A stretch of 63,997 nucleotides of DNA, counting the filler, from Malassezia furfur (taxonomy: Eukaryota): NCBI GenBank assembly GCA_052055015.1. It is 13 parts of 13 records of this genome, joined end to end, with 100 filler letters (N's around TTAATTAATTAA, not from the genome) between each part and the next. Parts side by side here need not be neighbours in the genome. Positions count along the whole stretch, not along the records: positions 10,351 to 15,393 come from JBQJIT010000633.1; positions 15,494 to 20,524 come from JBQJIT010000634.1; positions 20,625 to 25,606 come from JBQJIT010000635.1; 10 more parts are not named here. One strand, written 5' to 3'. Position numbers and translations under genes: made by a program. The notes under the pieces were generated by a model. It saw only the letters and a program-made list of their open reading frames with translations, did no database searches and was not told the origin of the DNA. Every line of letters begins with the position of its first letter. Positions within the stretch are counted from its first letter, which is position 1. Shown piece after piece: positions 11,312 through 22,945 of this stretch.

Positions 11312-12709
11312 ATGTCGGTCGCGCCCCGTGCTGAGAATCCGCCGCCGCCGCCGCCGCGGAGCAGGGCGCGCCGCGCGCCGCGCGTCCCCAAGGACGGCTC
11401 CGACGGCGCGGAGGAGGTGGAAGAGGTGCCCAGTGCGCCTGACGCATCCGACGAGCCGCGCGAGCGCGACGAGCGCGACGAGCGCATCGAGCAGCTCACC
11501 CAGGAGCTCGACTCGGTCAAGGCCGCGCGCGACGACCTGATCGAGCGCAGCTCCGACTGGCTCCAGGAACGCGAGGAGCTGCGTGCGCATGCACGCGACC
11601 TCGTCGAAAAGGTCAAGGCCGAGCAGGAGCGCGCCGATGCCGCCGAAGAGCGCGTGCGCGAATTGCGTCGCACCGCCGAGGAGAGCCGTCGTGCGATCAT
11701 GCGCCTCTCCTCGTCCAAGGCCAAGGCCGAGGCGCAGCGCGGCGACACCGAGGCCGACGTGCCGCGCCGACCGGGCAGCAGCCTCAGCTCGCTCACCAAC
11801 CGCCCGCTGTCGGCGCTGCACTTTGACGACGGCGAAGAGACGCGCGGGCTCAAGGGCTTGCGCCTCTCGAGCGGCAGCTCGGTCACCTCGCCAACCCCGC
11901 CGGCGACCGAGGCGTTCGGCAAGGACGACGACGCGTCGGCGCGCAACTCGGCGACGACGACGCCGGCCGACACGCCAGACCTGCCGCAGGGCGAGTTTAC
12001 GCCGCGCGACGAGGAGCCGCCCACCTCGAACGAGACGGTGAAGGGCGAAGAGGCGACGGCGACAGCGACGCATGCACCCAACGCGTTCACATCCATGTTT
12101 GGCAAGTCGTCGTCGCTGTTGCGCCCGACGTTCTCGTCGCTGCTCCGCAAGCCGCTGCCCACCGCGCCTGCCGAGGCATCGGTGCCGGCGCCAGCGCCCG
12201 CCGACAGCGAGGAGGCGGCGCCCGAGTCGGTGTCGCGTGCGGACCTCGAGCGGGCCCAGGGCGAGCTCGCAGAGCTGCGCATGCAGTTTGCCCTGCTGCA
12301 GGACCAGCTGACCGAGTCGCGCGAGGCCGAGCAGGCGAGCGAGATGCTCATCCGCTCGCTGCGTGAGTACATTGTCAACTCGCAGGGCGCGGGCGACAAG
12401 GAGGCCGTGACAGAGGCGCCTGCCGAGGCGGACGTCGCCGGCGAGGCGATGGTCACGGAGACGATTGCCGCGCCCGAGGCCGAGACGGGCGACGTGGCCG
12501 ACGCTGCGCCGCAGGCGGATGCTGTGCCCGCGGCGGAGGCGCAGGCCGGTGCGGGAGCCGAGGCCGAGTCCAAGGCAGAGGCGGAGGCTTCGACCGAGGC
12601 CGCCGACGAGGCCGCCGACGAGGCCGGCGCCACATCCGATGCCGCCACGGCCGAGGAGGGGCAGGACGAGACTGGCGACGATGCCGCGTCCGCCGCCGAT
12701 TCTTCCTAA
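11312..12709 (+). CDS. Coiled-coil protein of unknown function with an acidic Ala/Glu tail
   Basis: Strong GC3 bias, two heptad-rich segments, ACCATG start. Confidence 0.75.
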   Translation: MSVAPRAENPPPPPPRSRARRAPRVPKDGSDGAEEVEEVPSAPDASDEPRERDERDERIEQLTQELDSVKAARDDLIERSSDWLQEREELRAHARDLVEKVKAEQERADAAEERVRELRRTAEESRRAIMRLSSSKAKAEAQRGDTEADVPRRPGSSLSSLTNRPLSALHFDDGEETRGLKGLRLSSGSSVTSPTPPATEAFGKDDDASARNSATTTPADTPDLPQGEFTPRDEEPPTSNETVKGEEATATATHAPNAFTSMFGKSSSLLRPTFSSLLRKPLPTAPAEASVPAPAPADSEEAAPESVSRADLERAQGELAELRMQFALLQDQLTESREAEQASEMLIRSLREYIVNSQGAGDKEAVTEAPAEADVAGEAMVTETIAAPEAETGDVADAAPQADAVPAAEAQAGAGAEAESKAEAEASTEAADEAADEAGATSDAATAEEGQDETGDDAASAADSS

Positions 12710-12783
12710 TCTTGTATAGGCGCGCATGTAGCGTATCCTCCCTACCCTGATCGGCGGCGTTGCCCCACCTCCACTTCGACGCG

Positions 12784-14615
12784 ATGTTGGCCTACGTGTC
12801 GCTGGCGCTGAGCCTGTATGCGCTGGTGACCTATCTGCTGCGCGGTGCAGGAGCGCCGCCCGCATTCGATGCGGACGCGGTGCCGATCTACCTGCGCGCG
12901 CCCTCGCAGGGGTATGCGCCCGCGTTCTCGACGCACGGCGCGGAAGGCGCCGTGACGTGCGAGGTCGACGTGTGCTCGTACGTGGGCGCTTATCTGCTGT
13001 CGAAAGGTGGCTCGGCGAGCGATGCGGCGACGGGCGCATCGGCGTGCGTCGGTGTGATCCACCCGTACCACTCGGGCATCGGCGGTGGCGGATTTGCGCT
13101 GGTCAAGACGAACCGGAGCGAGCCGGTGATGGTCGACTACCGCGAGACGGCGCCGGAGGGCGCCCACCGCACCATGTTCCTGAACACGTCGAAGGAAGAG
13201 ATGTACCATGGGTACGTCACTCGCTAACCCAGGGGCCTCGCGGTTACCGTGCCGGGCGAGGTGCGGGGGTGGCAGGCGATGCATGCGCTGTACGGCCGTT
13301 TGCCGTGGGCGGAGCTCCTTGAGCCTGCGATTGAGATCGCGCGCCGCGGCTTCCGCATCCCGCCGCAGCTCAAGTATGCAATGGACACGCTGGGCGACAA
13401 GCTGTGCGAGGCGCCGCGCCTCGGCGACATCTACTGCCCCGGCGGCGTGATGAAGGCGCTGGGCGACACGGTGCGTCTCCCTGCGCTGGCCGATACGCTT
13501 GAGCAGATTGCGGTGCAGGGCCCCGACGCGTTCTACAGCGGCCCGATTGCTGAGCGCACGGTCGCGACCGTGCGCGAGCGCGGCGGGATCATGGACCTGG
13601 CGGACCTGCAGCGGTTCCGTGTGCTGTTCCGCTCCGCGCAGTCGATCGACTACCGCGGACGCTACCGCATCTGGTCGACGACCGCGCCGAGCTCCGGCGC
13701 AGTGTTGCTGTCGGCGCTGCGCACGCTCGAGAACTACCCCGACCGCCCGTACGACCGGCACAACGTCCTGCAAACGCACCGCGCGATCGAGGCGGCGAAG
13801 TTTGCGTACGGCGAGCGGACGCGGTACGGCGACCCCGCGTACCTCTCGAACGTGTCCGCGTACGAGCACGATGCGCTCTCCGAGGAAGGCGGGCGCACGC
13901 GCTTTACCAAGATCGACGATACGCGCACCTTCCCGGCGTCCTACTACAATCCGTCGTACGAGGACTCGGGCGAGGACCACGGCACGTCGCACCTCAACGC
14001 CGTGGACGCGACGGGGATGGCGGTGAGCATCACGACGACCGTCAACCTGTGGTGGGGCAGCCTGGTGCAGACGCCCGACGGCATCCTGCTGAACGACGAC
14101 ATGGACGACTTTAGCACGCCCGGCACGCCGAACAAGTTTGGGTACAAGCCGTCGCGCGCGAACTACATTGAGCCACGCAAGCGCCCGCTGTCGAGCATGT
14201 CGCCGCTGCTCATCGAGTCGCTCCCGAGCGGCGAGACGCAGCTCATTGCCGGCTCTGCGGGCGGCTCGCGGATCATCACGGCGAACCTGCAGATGGCGTA
14301 CACCTACCTGTCGCACTACGGGCGCGTCGACATGCAAGAGGTGATCCGCCATCCCCGCTGGCACCACCAGCTGATGCCCGCCGAGACGTACTTTGAGTAC
14401 GCCATCGCCGAGCTGCCCGACGTGCACGGCTACGACAATGTGTATGTGCAGTGGACTGACCCAGGACGGTGGCTGGCCTGGCGGCCCTGGGGCACACCCC
14501 AGCGTGGATCATGCCCGGCTCGTCGGCCGCGCAGGCGATCCAGCGCCTCGCCAACGGCTCGTGGGCCACGGCAAGCGAGTCGCGGCAGCCCGAGGCGCGC
14601 GGCGGCGCCGTGTAG
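12784..14615 (+). CDS. Gamma-glutamyltranspeptidase (glutathione hydrolase)
   Basis: SGIGGGGF, DYRETAP, VPGE, autocleavage site G/TSHL, LNDDMDDFS, KRPLSSMSP, GSAGGSRI. Introns at 13212-13232 (21 nt) and 14442-14464 (23 nt). Confidence 0.94.
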
Positions 14616-14617
14616 GA

Positions 14618-15393
14618 CTAGTAGCGCAGCGCGCGCATCCGCATCCGCGCAAACACCAGGCCAGCGAGCAGGCCGCCAACGTGCCCGACCGAGTCGATGT
14701 GGTTGTCCTGGCGCGGGAAGCTCGCCGAGTACAGCTCGTATGCCAGGATGCCCGCGACGCACATGCGCGCCGGCACGGGCACCACGTAGAAGAGCAGGAA
14801 GAGTGCGTCGGGGCGCATCGCCGCAAACGCGGACAAAATCGCATACACCGACCCGCTCGCGCCGAGCGACATGCCGAAGCGGCGGCGGCGCAGCGACTTT
14901 TGCTCGCCGTGCAAAATCGGGTCGACGATGTAGGGCCAGGCGAGGCTCGTCAGCGACGCCGTGAGGCCTGCGCCGACGTACAGCGTGAGCATCTGCGGCG
15001 CGCCGATGATGGGCAGCAGGGCGGGCGCCGTGAACGCAAAGGTGAGCATGTTGAACGCAAAGTGCGGCAGGTCCTGGTGGCTGAAGCACGCGGTGAGCAG
15101 CGTCCACCACCGCCCCTCGCGCAGGTTCGGCTCGCCTGAGGTGAAATTGCGCATCATGAAGCGGTACAGCCGCAGGTCGCCGTACCGCGTCGCATTGTCG
15201 CGCGCATACCACCACACGCCAAAGACGGCGGCGTTGATGCCGAACAGCACGAACAGGATCGTCGACGAGGTGCGCGGCGCGCGCTGGAAGGCCGCGCGCG
15301 TGCGGACGCCGCGCGCAGGGAGGCTCGGCGTGTGCGGCGCGAGGCGAGCGAGCAGCGGCGTGCGCAGAGGCGCGGGGCGGGAGAGCAGGTGCA
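14618..15393 (-). CDS. Rhomboid intramembrane serine protease (mitochondrial Pcp1/PARL-like), 5' partial
   Basis: WWTLLTACFSH, HFAFNM, catalytic GASG and GHVGG. Confidence 0.88.
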
Positions 15394-15493
15394 NNNNNNN
15401 NNNNNNNNNNNNNNNNNNNNNNNNNNNNNNNNNNNNNTTAATTAATTAANNNNNNNNNNNNNNNNNNNNNNNNNNNNNNNNNNNNNNNNNNNN
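15394..15493. other. Artificial contig spacer
   Basis: Same linker. Confidence 0.99.
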
Positions 15494-18400
15494 TGGGCGC
15501 CGCCTCCACTTGGTCGGCGCGCGCGGCAAAGAGCCGGCCGAGGTGCACGAGGTTGCGCACGATCTGCAGCGTGAGGGCATCGTCGAGCGTCGCGCCATGC
15601 AGCTGGGCGACGAGCTGCTTGGCGGCACGGACGTGCATCGTGTGCTCCATCGGGTACGACGCGGCGAACAGGGCGCCGACGACACGACTCGCGGCGATGC
15701 GGACCCATGCATGTGGATAGGTCAGTAGCGTCAGCACCTCGTCTGCGGTCGTCGCAGGCAGCATCGTGAGCGTGCGCGGTGCGTCGGCATTGAGCAACGT
15801 CTGCAGCGTCTGCAGCGCCTGGTATGTGATGCGCCACGCGTCCTCGTCGGCGTCGTCGGCGTCGGCGTCGCCCGCGCCGTCGGCAATCGCGCGAGCGACG
15901 ACGGGCATCGCGTCGGCTGCGACGCGGAAGCCGTCGGAGCGCGCGAGCGCGAGGTCGTAGACGCGCAGCGCGACGGCGACGAGCTGCATCGCCTGCGCCG
16001 AGGCGTGCGGCGCACTTGCCCATTTGTGCGTCATGCCCATGACGTGCGCAAAGCGGCGGTCGTCGAGCGCGGCGAGCAGGATGCCGAGGACGTACGCGGC
16101 CTGCTGCTTGCATGCGACCGCCTCGTCGTTGCACAGCTGCATGACGAGCGCCACAAAGAAGAGCTCGGCGTGCGCGTTGACGACCTCGGCGCTGAACTTG
16201 GCAAGCACGGCGCCGAGCAGCTCGAGCACACTGCGGCGGCCCGACTCGGTCTCGTACGCGAGGTTCTTGGCGAGGAACTGCAGCTGGCTCTCGAGGCGCC
16301 CCTTGCCCTGCGGGTAGTCGAGCAGGAACTGGAGGTAGAGCGCGCGGCACACCTCGCGCACCTGCGCGTCGTGGCTCGTGACGAGCAGCTCGGCGATGCG
16401 GTCCATCACGTCGTAGATCTCGGGCACCACAAACGCGCGCGACACGACCGCGCGCAGCAGCGCAAACACGACCGCCTGCACGTCGGGGTCATCGACGTCG
16501 GGCGCCACGAGGCGCAGCAGCTCGGCGAGCTGCTGCTCCTGCGGCGCGACCGCCTTGCAGTCGCGCAGCATCACCGCCAGCGCACGCACCGCCGCCTGGG
16601 CGACCGCCGAGTGCAGGCCGCCCGTGTGCCGCAGGATGGCGAGGATCTGGCGCTGGATCACCGGGAGCGCCTTTTCCAGGTTGGGCAGCGGCACGCGGCT
16701 CAGCGCCGCCGCCGCGCGCAGGCCGCGCTCGACGACCGCCGCGTGCCGCGCATAGAGCGTCTCGCCGACCGCCGGGAGCAGCGGCATGAGCTTCGCGACG
16801 GTCGCCTCGTCGTGCACGTCGAAGCGCGAGCGGCGCAGCGCCGTCGTGAGCATGTCGAGGCCAAAGTCGACAAACAGGTGCGCGTTCTGCGCGAGGTGGT
16901 CGTGGTCGACGTGCTCGGCGTCCTTGCGCGAGGACTGCACCTCGTGCTTGTCCTTGCGCCGCTTGGTCGCGCGCGGTGCGCTGCCGAGCGCACTCACGCC
17001 GCGTGCAATCAGCGTGTGGCACAGCACGAGCAGCGCGCCCGCATCCAGGTGCTCGTTCGCGTTGACGCCCGACGCGATGCGCCGCAGGCACTCTTCGGCG
17101 GTGCGCAGCGTCTTGGGCACCGACGTGCCGCTCAGCACATCGCGCAGCGGGAGGAGCAGCTCGTTGAGGCGCGTCGGCGCCGCGAGCCGCGCGAGCTGCT
17201 CGAGGGTATCCAGGCTCTTGCTCTGGCGCATCTCGCGCACCTTGGTCTTGTTCTCGATCGCCTCGCGGTCCTCGCCGGTCTCGCCAAAGATGTCCTCGAC
17301 CGCGGCAGCGACCACGTCGTGCACGCCGTCGTCGACGAGCGTCAGGAGCGGCGGCAGCGTCGGCGTCTTGGTGCTGAGCGCCACGAGCAGGCTGTGCACG
17401 CTGAACGCACACACGGCCCGCTGCGGGCCGCGCGACAGCGTGCGCCGCAGCTCGCGCACGAGCGGCGCGAAGTACTGCGCACCAATCGCGCGCACGAGCT
17501 GCAGCGCAATGTCGCGCGTCGTGTCGCGCGTCGACTGCAGCTTGCTCCGCAGCGCCATCGCCACGCCAGAGAACGTCTTGAACAGCTCGGTGCGCCGGCG
17601 CTCGTCGGGCAGGTGCTGTGCGACGCGCGCGGCACCTACGAGCAGCGGCAGGCGCAGCGGCAGGCGGTCCTCGTCGCGCGTGTCGAGCGCGCTGTGCAGC
17701 TGTGGCAGGACACGCTCGGTGACGACCTGGGCGATCGCCGCGGGCGACACGACACGGCGCACGCGTGCGGGTGCGGCCGTGAGGTCGGCGGCAGCGCCGG
17801 CATCGGCCGCGGCATCGGCGGCGTCCTCGCCGTCGTCGGCGTCGGCGTCGGCGTCGTCAGCCTCGCCGGCATCGTCGCCCTCACCGGCGTCATCGCCAGC
17901 ACCGTCGCCGTCCTCGTCGCCCTTGTCCTCCTCCATCTCCTCTGCGTCCATCGCAAAGTGGAACGCCTCGAGCACGCCGACCGTGCCGCGCACGTGCAGA
18001 CGCTCGGCGGCAGATGCCTCCTCCTTCTTGGTGTGCTCCTTGACCTCGCGCAGGAAGCGCGCGAGCCAGTGGTAGTAGTGGCCCCACTGCAGCTGCGCAC
18101 AGATGCGCTTGATCATGCCGAGCGCCTCGTTGACCATGTTCATGTCGTACCCTCCGCTCGCGTTCGGCTGCAAAAAGGCCCACACGAGCGGCACAAACAG
18201 CTCCGAGAGCGTCTTGGAGCGCAAGGCGCCCGCTTCGGCGAACTCGGCAAGGCGGTGCAGCGCACGCACGCGGCGGTGCGCCTGGATGTGGTACAGGTTC
18301 GCAAACACGCTCGCCTCGTCGTCGCCGCCGACGAGCAGGCACTGCAGCTCCTGGAGCGGCGGCACCGCCGGCGCCAGGCGCGCGACCGCCTTGCCGAGCA

Positions 18401-20524
18401 GCGCAAACACCTCCTTGCGCACCGTCTCGGCGCGCGCGTGCAGGCGGCGGCGCAGGCCGGGGAGCAGCACCTTGTACACGAGCGGCACGCCGTCCGGCAC
18501 TGCGTCGCGCACAAAGCGCTGCAGGATCGACGCGCCCGTCGTGCGCATCGCGAGCTCCTCGGTGTCGGTCACGAAGAACAGCGCATTGTACAGCAGGGCG
18601 TGCCACTCGTCGACCGTCACCTGCGTCTCGGGCGCGAGGATGGCGTCCGCGGCCGCGAGGCGCGCGTCAAAGTCGATCTCGCCGATCGCACGGTGCGTGT
18701 ACGCATTCAGGCCGCGCACCCACTCGGCGGCGCGCGCGAGCGACGGATTCGCGGGCACGAGCTGCGCAAACGCCGCGGCGTACTGCGCGCGCGCGTTCTG
18801 CGAGCGCAGCTCGGCGCCGAGGCGGCAGAAGAGCGCGTACAGGTCGGCAAACGCGTCGCCGTCGAGCGGCGCGAGCGGCAGCAGCGTCTCGAACGTGCGC
18901 AGCATCTCGAGCTTCGTGCGCTCCGGCACGGCGCGCGCGCTGTGGCGCATGAGCGGCACAAGCAGCGCCAGCACCGCCGCGGCGTCCTCGCCGTGCTCCA
19001 TGTACGCGCCGAGCGACGTGAGCAGCGCCATCTCGCGGCGGAGCAGCTCGTCGCGCGCGTGCCCGCCGAGGGTATAGGTAAACTCGCTGCGGATCGTGCG
19101 CTGCACCAGCGCGGACAGGTCGGCAAGCAGCGGCGCGACGCTCGTGCGCACGAGCTGCGCCTCGGCGAGCGTGTGCTCGGCAATGTCGAGCACCGCGTGC
19201 GCGACCGCCGGCTTGATGCTGGCGCTGCTCAGGCACGCATACACCTGCGGCAGCACACTGGCGTCCGTGAAGAACAGGCGCATCGTGTCGCCGCGCTGCG
19301 CCCACGTCTGCACGAGATCGAGCAGCGCCGAGGGCGACTGCACGCTGTCCTGCGCAAGCGTCGCGAGCCGGGGGTGCACGAGCCGCGTAAGGATGGTCGC
19401 CGCGTACGGGCCCCATGCGGGCGCCTGCGCAAACTTGACCGCGTCCGCGAGGCGGCGCAGGCCGAGCCGGTAGATGCTCTTCTCGGCGTCGTGCGCCGCA
19501 TGCGCCGCGAGCGTCACGACCGTCTCGACGATGCGCGGCATCTCGCGCTCGAGCGGCGTGCCGAGGCGGCGCAGGACGTCCCCAAGGAACGTCAGCACAC
19601 CCACCTGCTGGCGTGCCGTGGCGTGCGGCGCCGCACCGATGCAGAACGTCCCATCGCGCACCGCGCCGTGATCAGGGAACGCGTGCAGCATCAGGTCGAC
19701 CAGCAGGCCGAGCTCGTCGGCGCTGCACTCGTACAGCGCGTCCAGGATCGCCGTGCGCCGCGCGTGCTGCCCTGCGCCCGAGGTGCGCGTCGCACGGCGC
19801 GACACCATCAGGCCGTATAGCAGGCGGATGACGATCGGCATGAGCTCGGCGCGGTGCAATGCAAACATCTCCGCGCCCGCACGCAGGTCGAGCTGCGCGA
19901 GCGTCTCGCGGAACTGCACGGGGTCCAGCAGGTGGCGCAGGCGGTCCGCGTGGTGCTCGAGCCACGCGTGCTTCCACGCAAGCAGGCAGGTGAGCGCACC
20001 GCGCTGGATCGGCAGCTCGGGGTGCGCACACAGCGCCACAAAGTGCGTCCACAGCGTGCCGGAGGCGTGCAGCGACGACATGGTGCGCACCTCGCCAAAC
20101 ACGCCCAGCAGCCGCTCGAGTCGCGCAAGGCGGTGCTTAAGCGGCGCATGGCCCGTGTCGGCGACGAGGCGCGGCCATTGCGCCAGCACATGCTCGACAA
20201 ACGGCGTCGCATGCTTCTCGACCAGCACAATGTGCCCTTCGTAGACCTGCAGCAGCTGGTCCGCATAGTGCCGCGCCTCGAACCGCACCTCGGGCGCACG
20301 CAGCAGCGCCTCCATGGCGTGCTGCGCGGCGTCGGTGGGGTACATGAGCGACAGCGCATCGCGCAGCGTCGCCAGGCGCGCACGCAGCTGGGGGTCGTCG
20401 AGTGTCGGGTCGAGGGGCGCATCGAGGGCCTCGGCAGCGTCCGTGCGGCGTGCACGGTCGGCGGCCTCGGCGTCGTCGGCGGCGTCGGCGGCGGCGTCGT
20501 CGTCCTCGCCTTCGTCTACGTCCG
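15494..20524 (-). CDS. UTP20: U3 snoRNP/SSU processome HEAT-repeat protein Utp20, partial at both ends
   Basis: More than 1600 aa helical-repeat ORF with DFDARL, DDEASVFANLYHIQAHRRVRAL, FLLDYPQGKGRL, NLAYETESGRRSVLE and YPHAWVR. Confidence 0.92.
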
Positions 20525-20624
20525 NNNNNNNNNNNNNNNNNNNNNNNNNNNNNNNNNNNNNNNNNNNNTTAATTAATTAANNNNNNNNNNNNNNNNNNNN
20601 NNNNNNNNNNNNNNNNNNNNNNNN
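20525..20624. other. Artificial contig spacer
   Basis: Same linker. Confidence 0.99.
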
Positions 20625-20679
20625 CGGCCAGCACCGCTGTGCCCGTGTAGGAGCCGTTCACCGGCGCACCGAGCAGCAC
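20625..20679. repeat. 55-bp exact direct copy of 21012-21066 at the contig end
   Basis: CGGCCAGCACCGCTGTGCCCGTGTAGGAGCCGTTCACCGGCGCACCGAGCAGCAC occurs at both positions, 387 bp apart. Confidence 0.9.
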
Positions 20680-21541
20680 GCCGGGCTCCTCTGCCGCCGG
20701 CACCGTGGCCAGCGCCGCAGCAAGCGCGCGCACCACGACGATCACGAGTGCGAGCACATTGCCGGTGACCAGGCCACCCACCGCGCCGTACACGCACGGC
20801 AGGGGCCACGTCTGCCAGACGCGCCCCCAGTCCAGTGCCACGCCCGCGGCGCCGACGAGCGTGCCGAGCGCCGCGCACACGGCGGGCACGAGCACAAGCA
20901 CCTCGCGCGGCGTCGCGAGGCTCGGCGCCGCGAGCACACGCGTCCACATGGGCGACGGCGGTGTACCGAGGATGTGCACCACCGGAAACAGCACGATCAG
21001 CGCAAAGTAGGCGGCCAGCACCGCTGTGCCCGTGTAGGAGCCGTTCACCGGCGCACCGAGCAGCACCAGCACCGCGAGTGCCGCGGCCCAGAGCAGCGGG
21101 AATGCAAATGTCGTCATCACGAGACGCTGTGTGAGTTGCCCTGCACCCCATGGCCCCACCTACCTCGAGCTGCTGGCCCACCGAGTGCGCCTGCTTTTGC
21201 GCGTTCTTGCGGTTCGCGCCGCCCTCGTACGCCTCCGACACGCTGTGCCAGCTTGCCATGCGCGCACAGAACCACGCCTGCGTGATGTACATGCCCTGCA
21301 GCGAGAGCGCCGCCTCGCGCAGGAGCGCCGCGCCCGTCGCGGGCGCGTCGCGTCCGACGCCCGGACGCAGGATGCGCGAGACGTGCGCAAGCACGCGCAT
21401 CACGAGCGAGTCGGCCGTGTCTGGCCACGCGCGTGCGAAGTCGACCAGCGTAAGAAGAAGAAGGAGCGGCTGGAGCACAAGCATCACAAATGCGAGTTGC
21501 ACATCGTGCCGCACCGGCCACGCTGCCGCGCCCTGCGCCAT
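20625..21541 (-). CDS. GPI11: GPI biosynthesis protein PIG-F/Gpi11, 3' end unresolved
   Basis: LVLLGAP and ALDWGRVWQTWPLPC. A 37-nt intron at 21127-21163 joins the two frames. Confidence 0.85.
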
Positions 21542-21660
21542 GCTGGAAGAATTGGGCAAATTTGTGCAGCGCCCCCGCGCCCGCTGCGCTGGTTCCTCCA
21601 CTTGTCCCCGCCAACGACCGTGGGCGCATCGAACCGGTGTACGCTTCTGGGTGTGCGACG

Positions 21661-22945
21661 ATGGAGTCGCCGGACCAGTCGGACTCGTTCGACCGGGGAC
21701 TCGCTGCATACGCAGAGACACCGGACCTCAATGTGCCGTATATTACGTCGCTGGCGCAAGCCGAGCAGCCATCGCGGCGCCCGCGCCTGAGCTCGCCGAT
21801 CCCCTCGGCGGACGCGCAGGCCATGCACGACGAGCTTGCGCACGAGTCGCCCTTGTCGGCAGACACAAGTGCCCAGAGCGATGCGTCGCGCCGTAACACA
21901 CTGCAGCGCAACCGCGCCATCTACCGGAGCCGTGCCTCGCCCGTGCACTCCGACTCTTCCAGCACGGCGCGCAGCGCACGGCTGCAGCGTGCCGGCTCCA
22001 AAAGCCTCACGGCCTCGCCCACCACCTCGGCATCGGTGCACTCCGACCGCCAGTCGCCCGACATCACGGCACACACGGCGTACTCAACGCTCTCGCCGTC
22101 CGCCAGCCGGCCGTCGCTCGACAGCCCGTCGGTGTCGCGCCAGAGCAGCACCTCGACGCGGCCTGCGGGACTCGGCATCGAGGGACTCGAGTGGGCAGCG
22201 CGCACACAGTCTACCAGCACAACGCCCGTGGTCCCGCCGCCCGCCGCTTCGCGTACGGGCTGGCCAGTGGCCGGCACCGCCCCAACGTCCACGCCGCTGC
22301 CGATGGCGCCCACGTCGGCGCCTTTACCCCACACGCCGCAAAAGAACGTGCAGGGTGCCGCAAAGACACCACCGTACACGGACCCTGTTTCTCCCGCGTC
22401 GTCGTACGGCGGGGACGCGTCGCCTCCGCCGGAGCCTAGTGCGCCGTCGCTCTCGGCGCAGCGCATGCACGAGCGCTTTGTGTCGGCGCCCGCACCGCCG
22501 CCTGACACGAGCGTGGGGCAGGCCGCATCGCCCCCGTCGGCCCAGCGCACGCCCAGCGACGTGCACCCCACGCCGCGCCTCGGGTACACGGACGCGGCGG
22601 CCGCGATGTCGCCGTCGCCGTCGCCGTCGGCGGTCCATGTGAACAGCGTTGGTGGCCCGGCGCTGCCCACCATCCAGCCGCTGCGCATCGCCAACCAGCG
22701 CTCTAGCCTGCCCTACTCGTCGCCCGTGTCGAGCGTGCGCGAGCGTTCCTCGCCCGCCGACACCCCGTCGCGCGCACGCACCGCCGAAGTGCCGTCGAGC
22801 CCCCTGGCACCGGCCACGGCGCCGCGTGCGCCGCACCCGCTCATGTCGATGCCTGGTCGCGCGGCCGAGTCGAAGCCGATGGCGTCCGTCGCGGATGCGG
22901 CCCCTGCGTCCGCAGGGCCGCCCGCCGTCTCTCCGGTCGCGCCGC
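21661..22945 (+). CDS. Ser/Pro-rich N-terminal part of an unidentified protein, broken off at the TRA1 junction
   Basis: Long ORF with coding-type GC3 bias from ATG 21661. It runs into the antisense of TRA1 near 22940. Confidence 0.6.

Noticed and set aside
10303..12648. 781-aa ORF as an N-terminally extended Nog2
   Set aside because: The upstream part is the antisense of the coiled-coil gene; Nog2 homology starts at Met 11253.
16005..19820. Very long antisense or alternate-frame ORFs (e.g. 16005-19820 +, 22649-25654 +, 25651-28857 -, 43299-45491 +)
   Set aside because: Shadow ORFs caused by extreme GC3 bias opposite recognisable genes; Arg/Ala-rich with no motifs.
78..21541. GPI-biosynthesis cluster (GAA1 + GPI11), and likewise an RNA-processing cluster (NOG2, UTP20, DIS3, XRN1)
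   Set aside because: The genes are on different contigs placed together only by size sorting.
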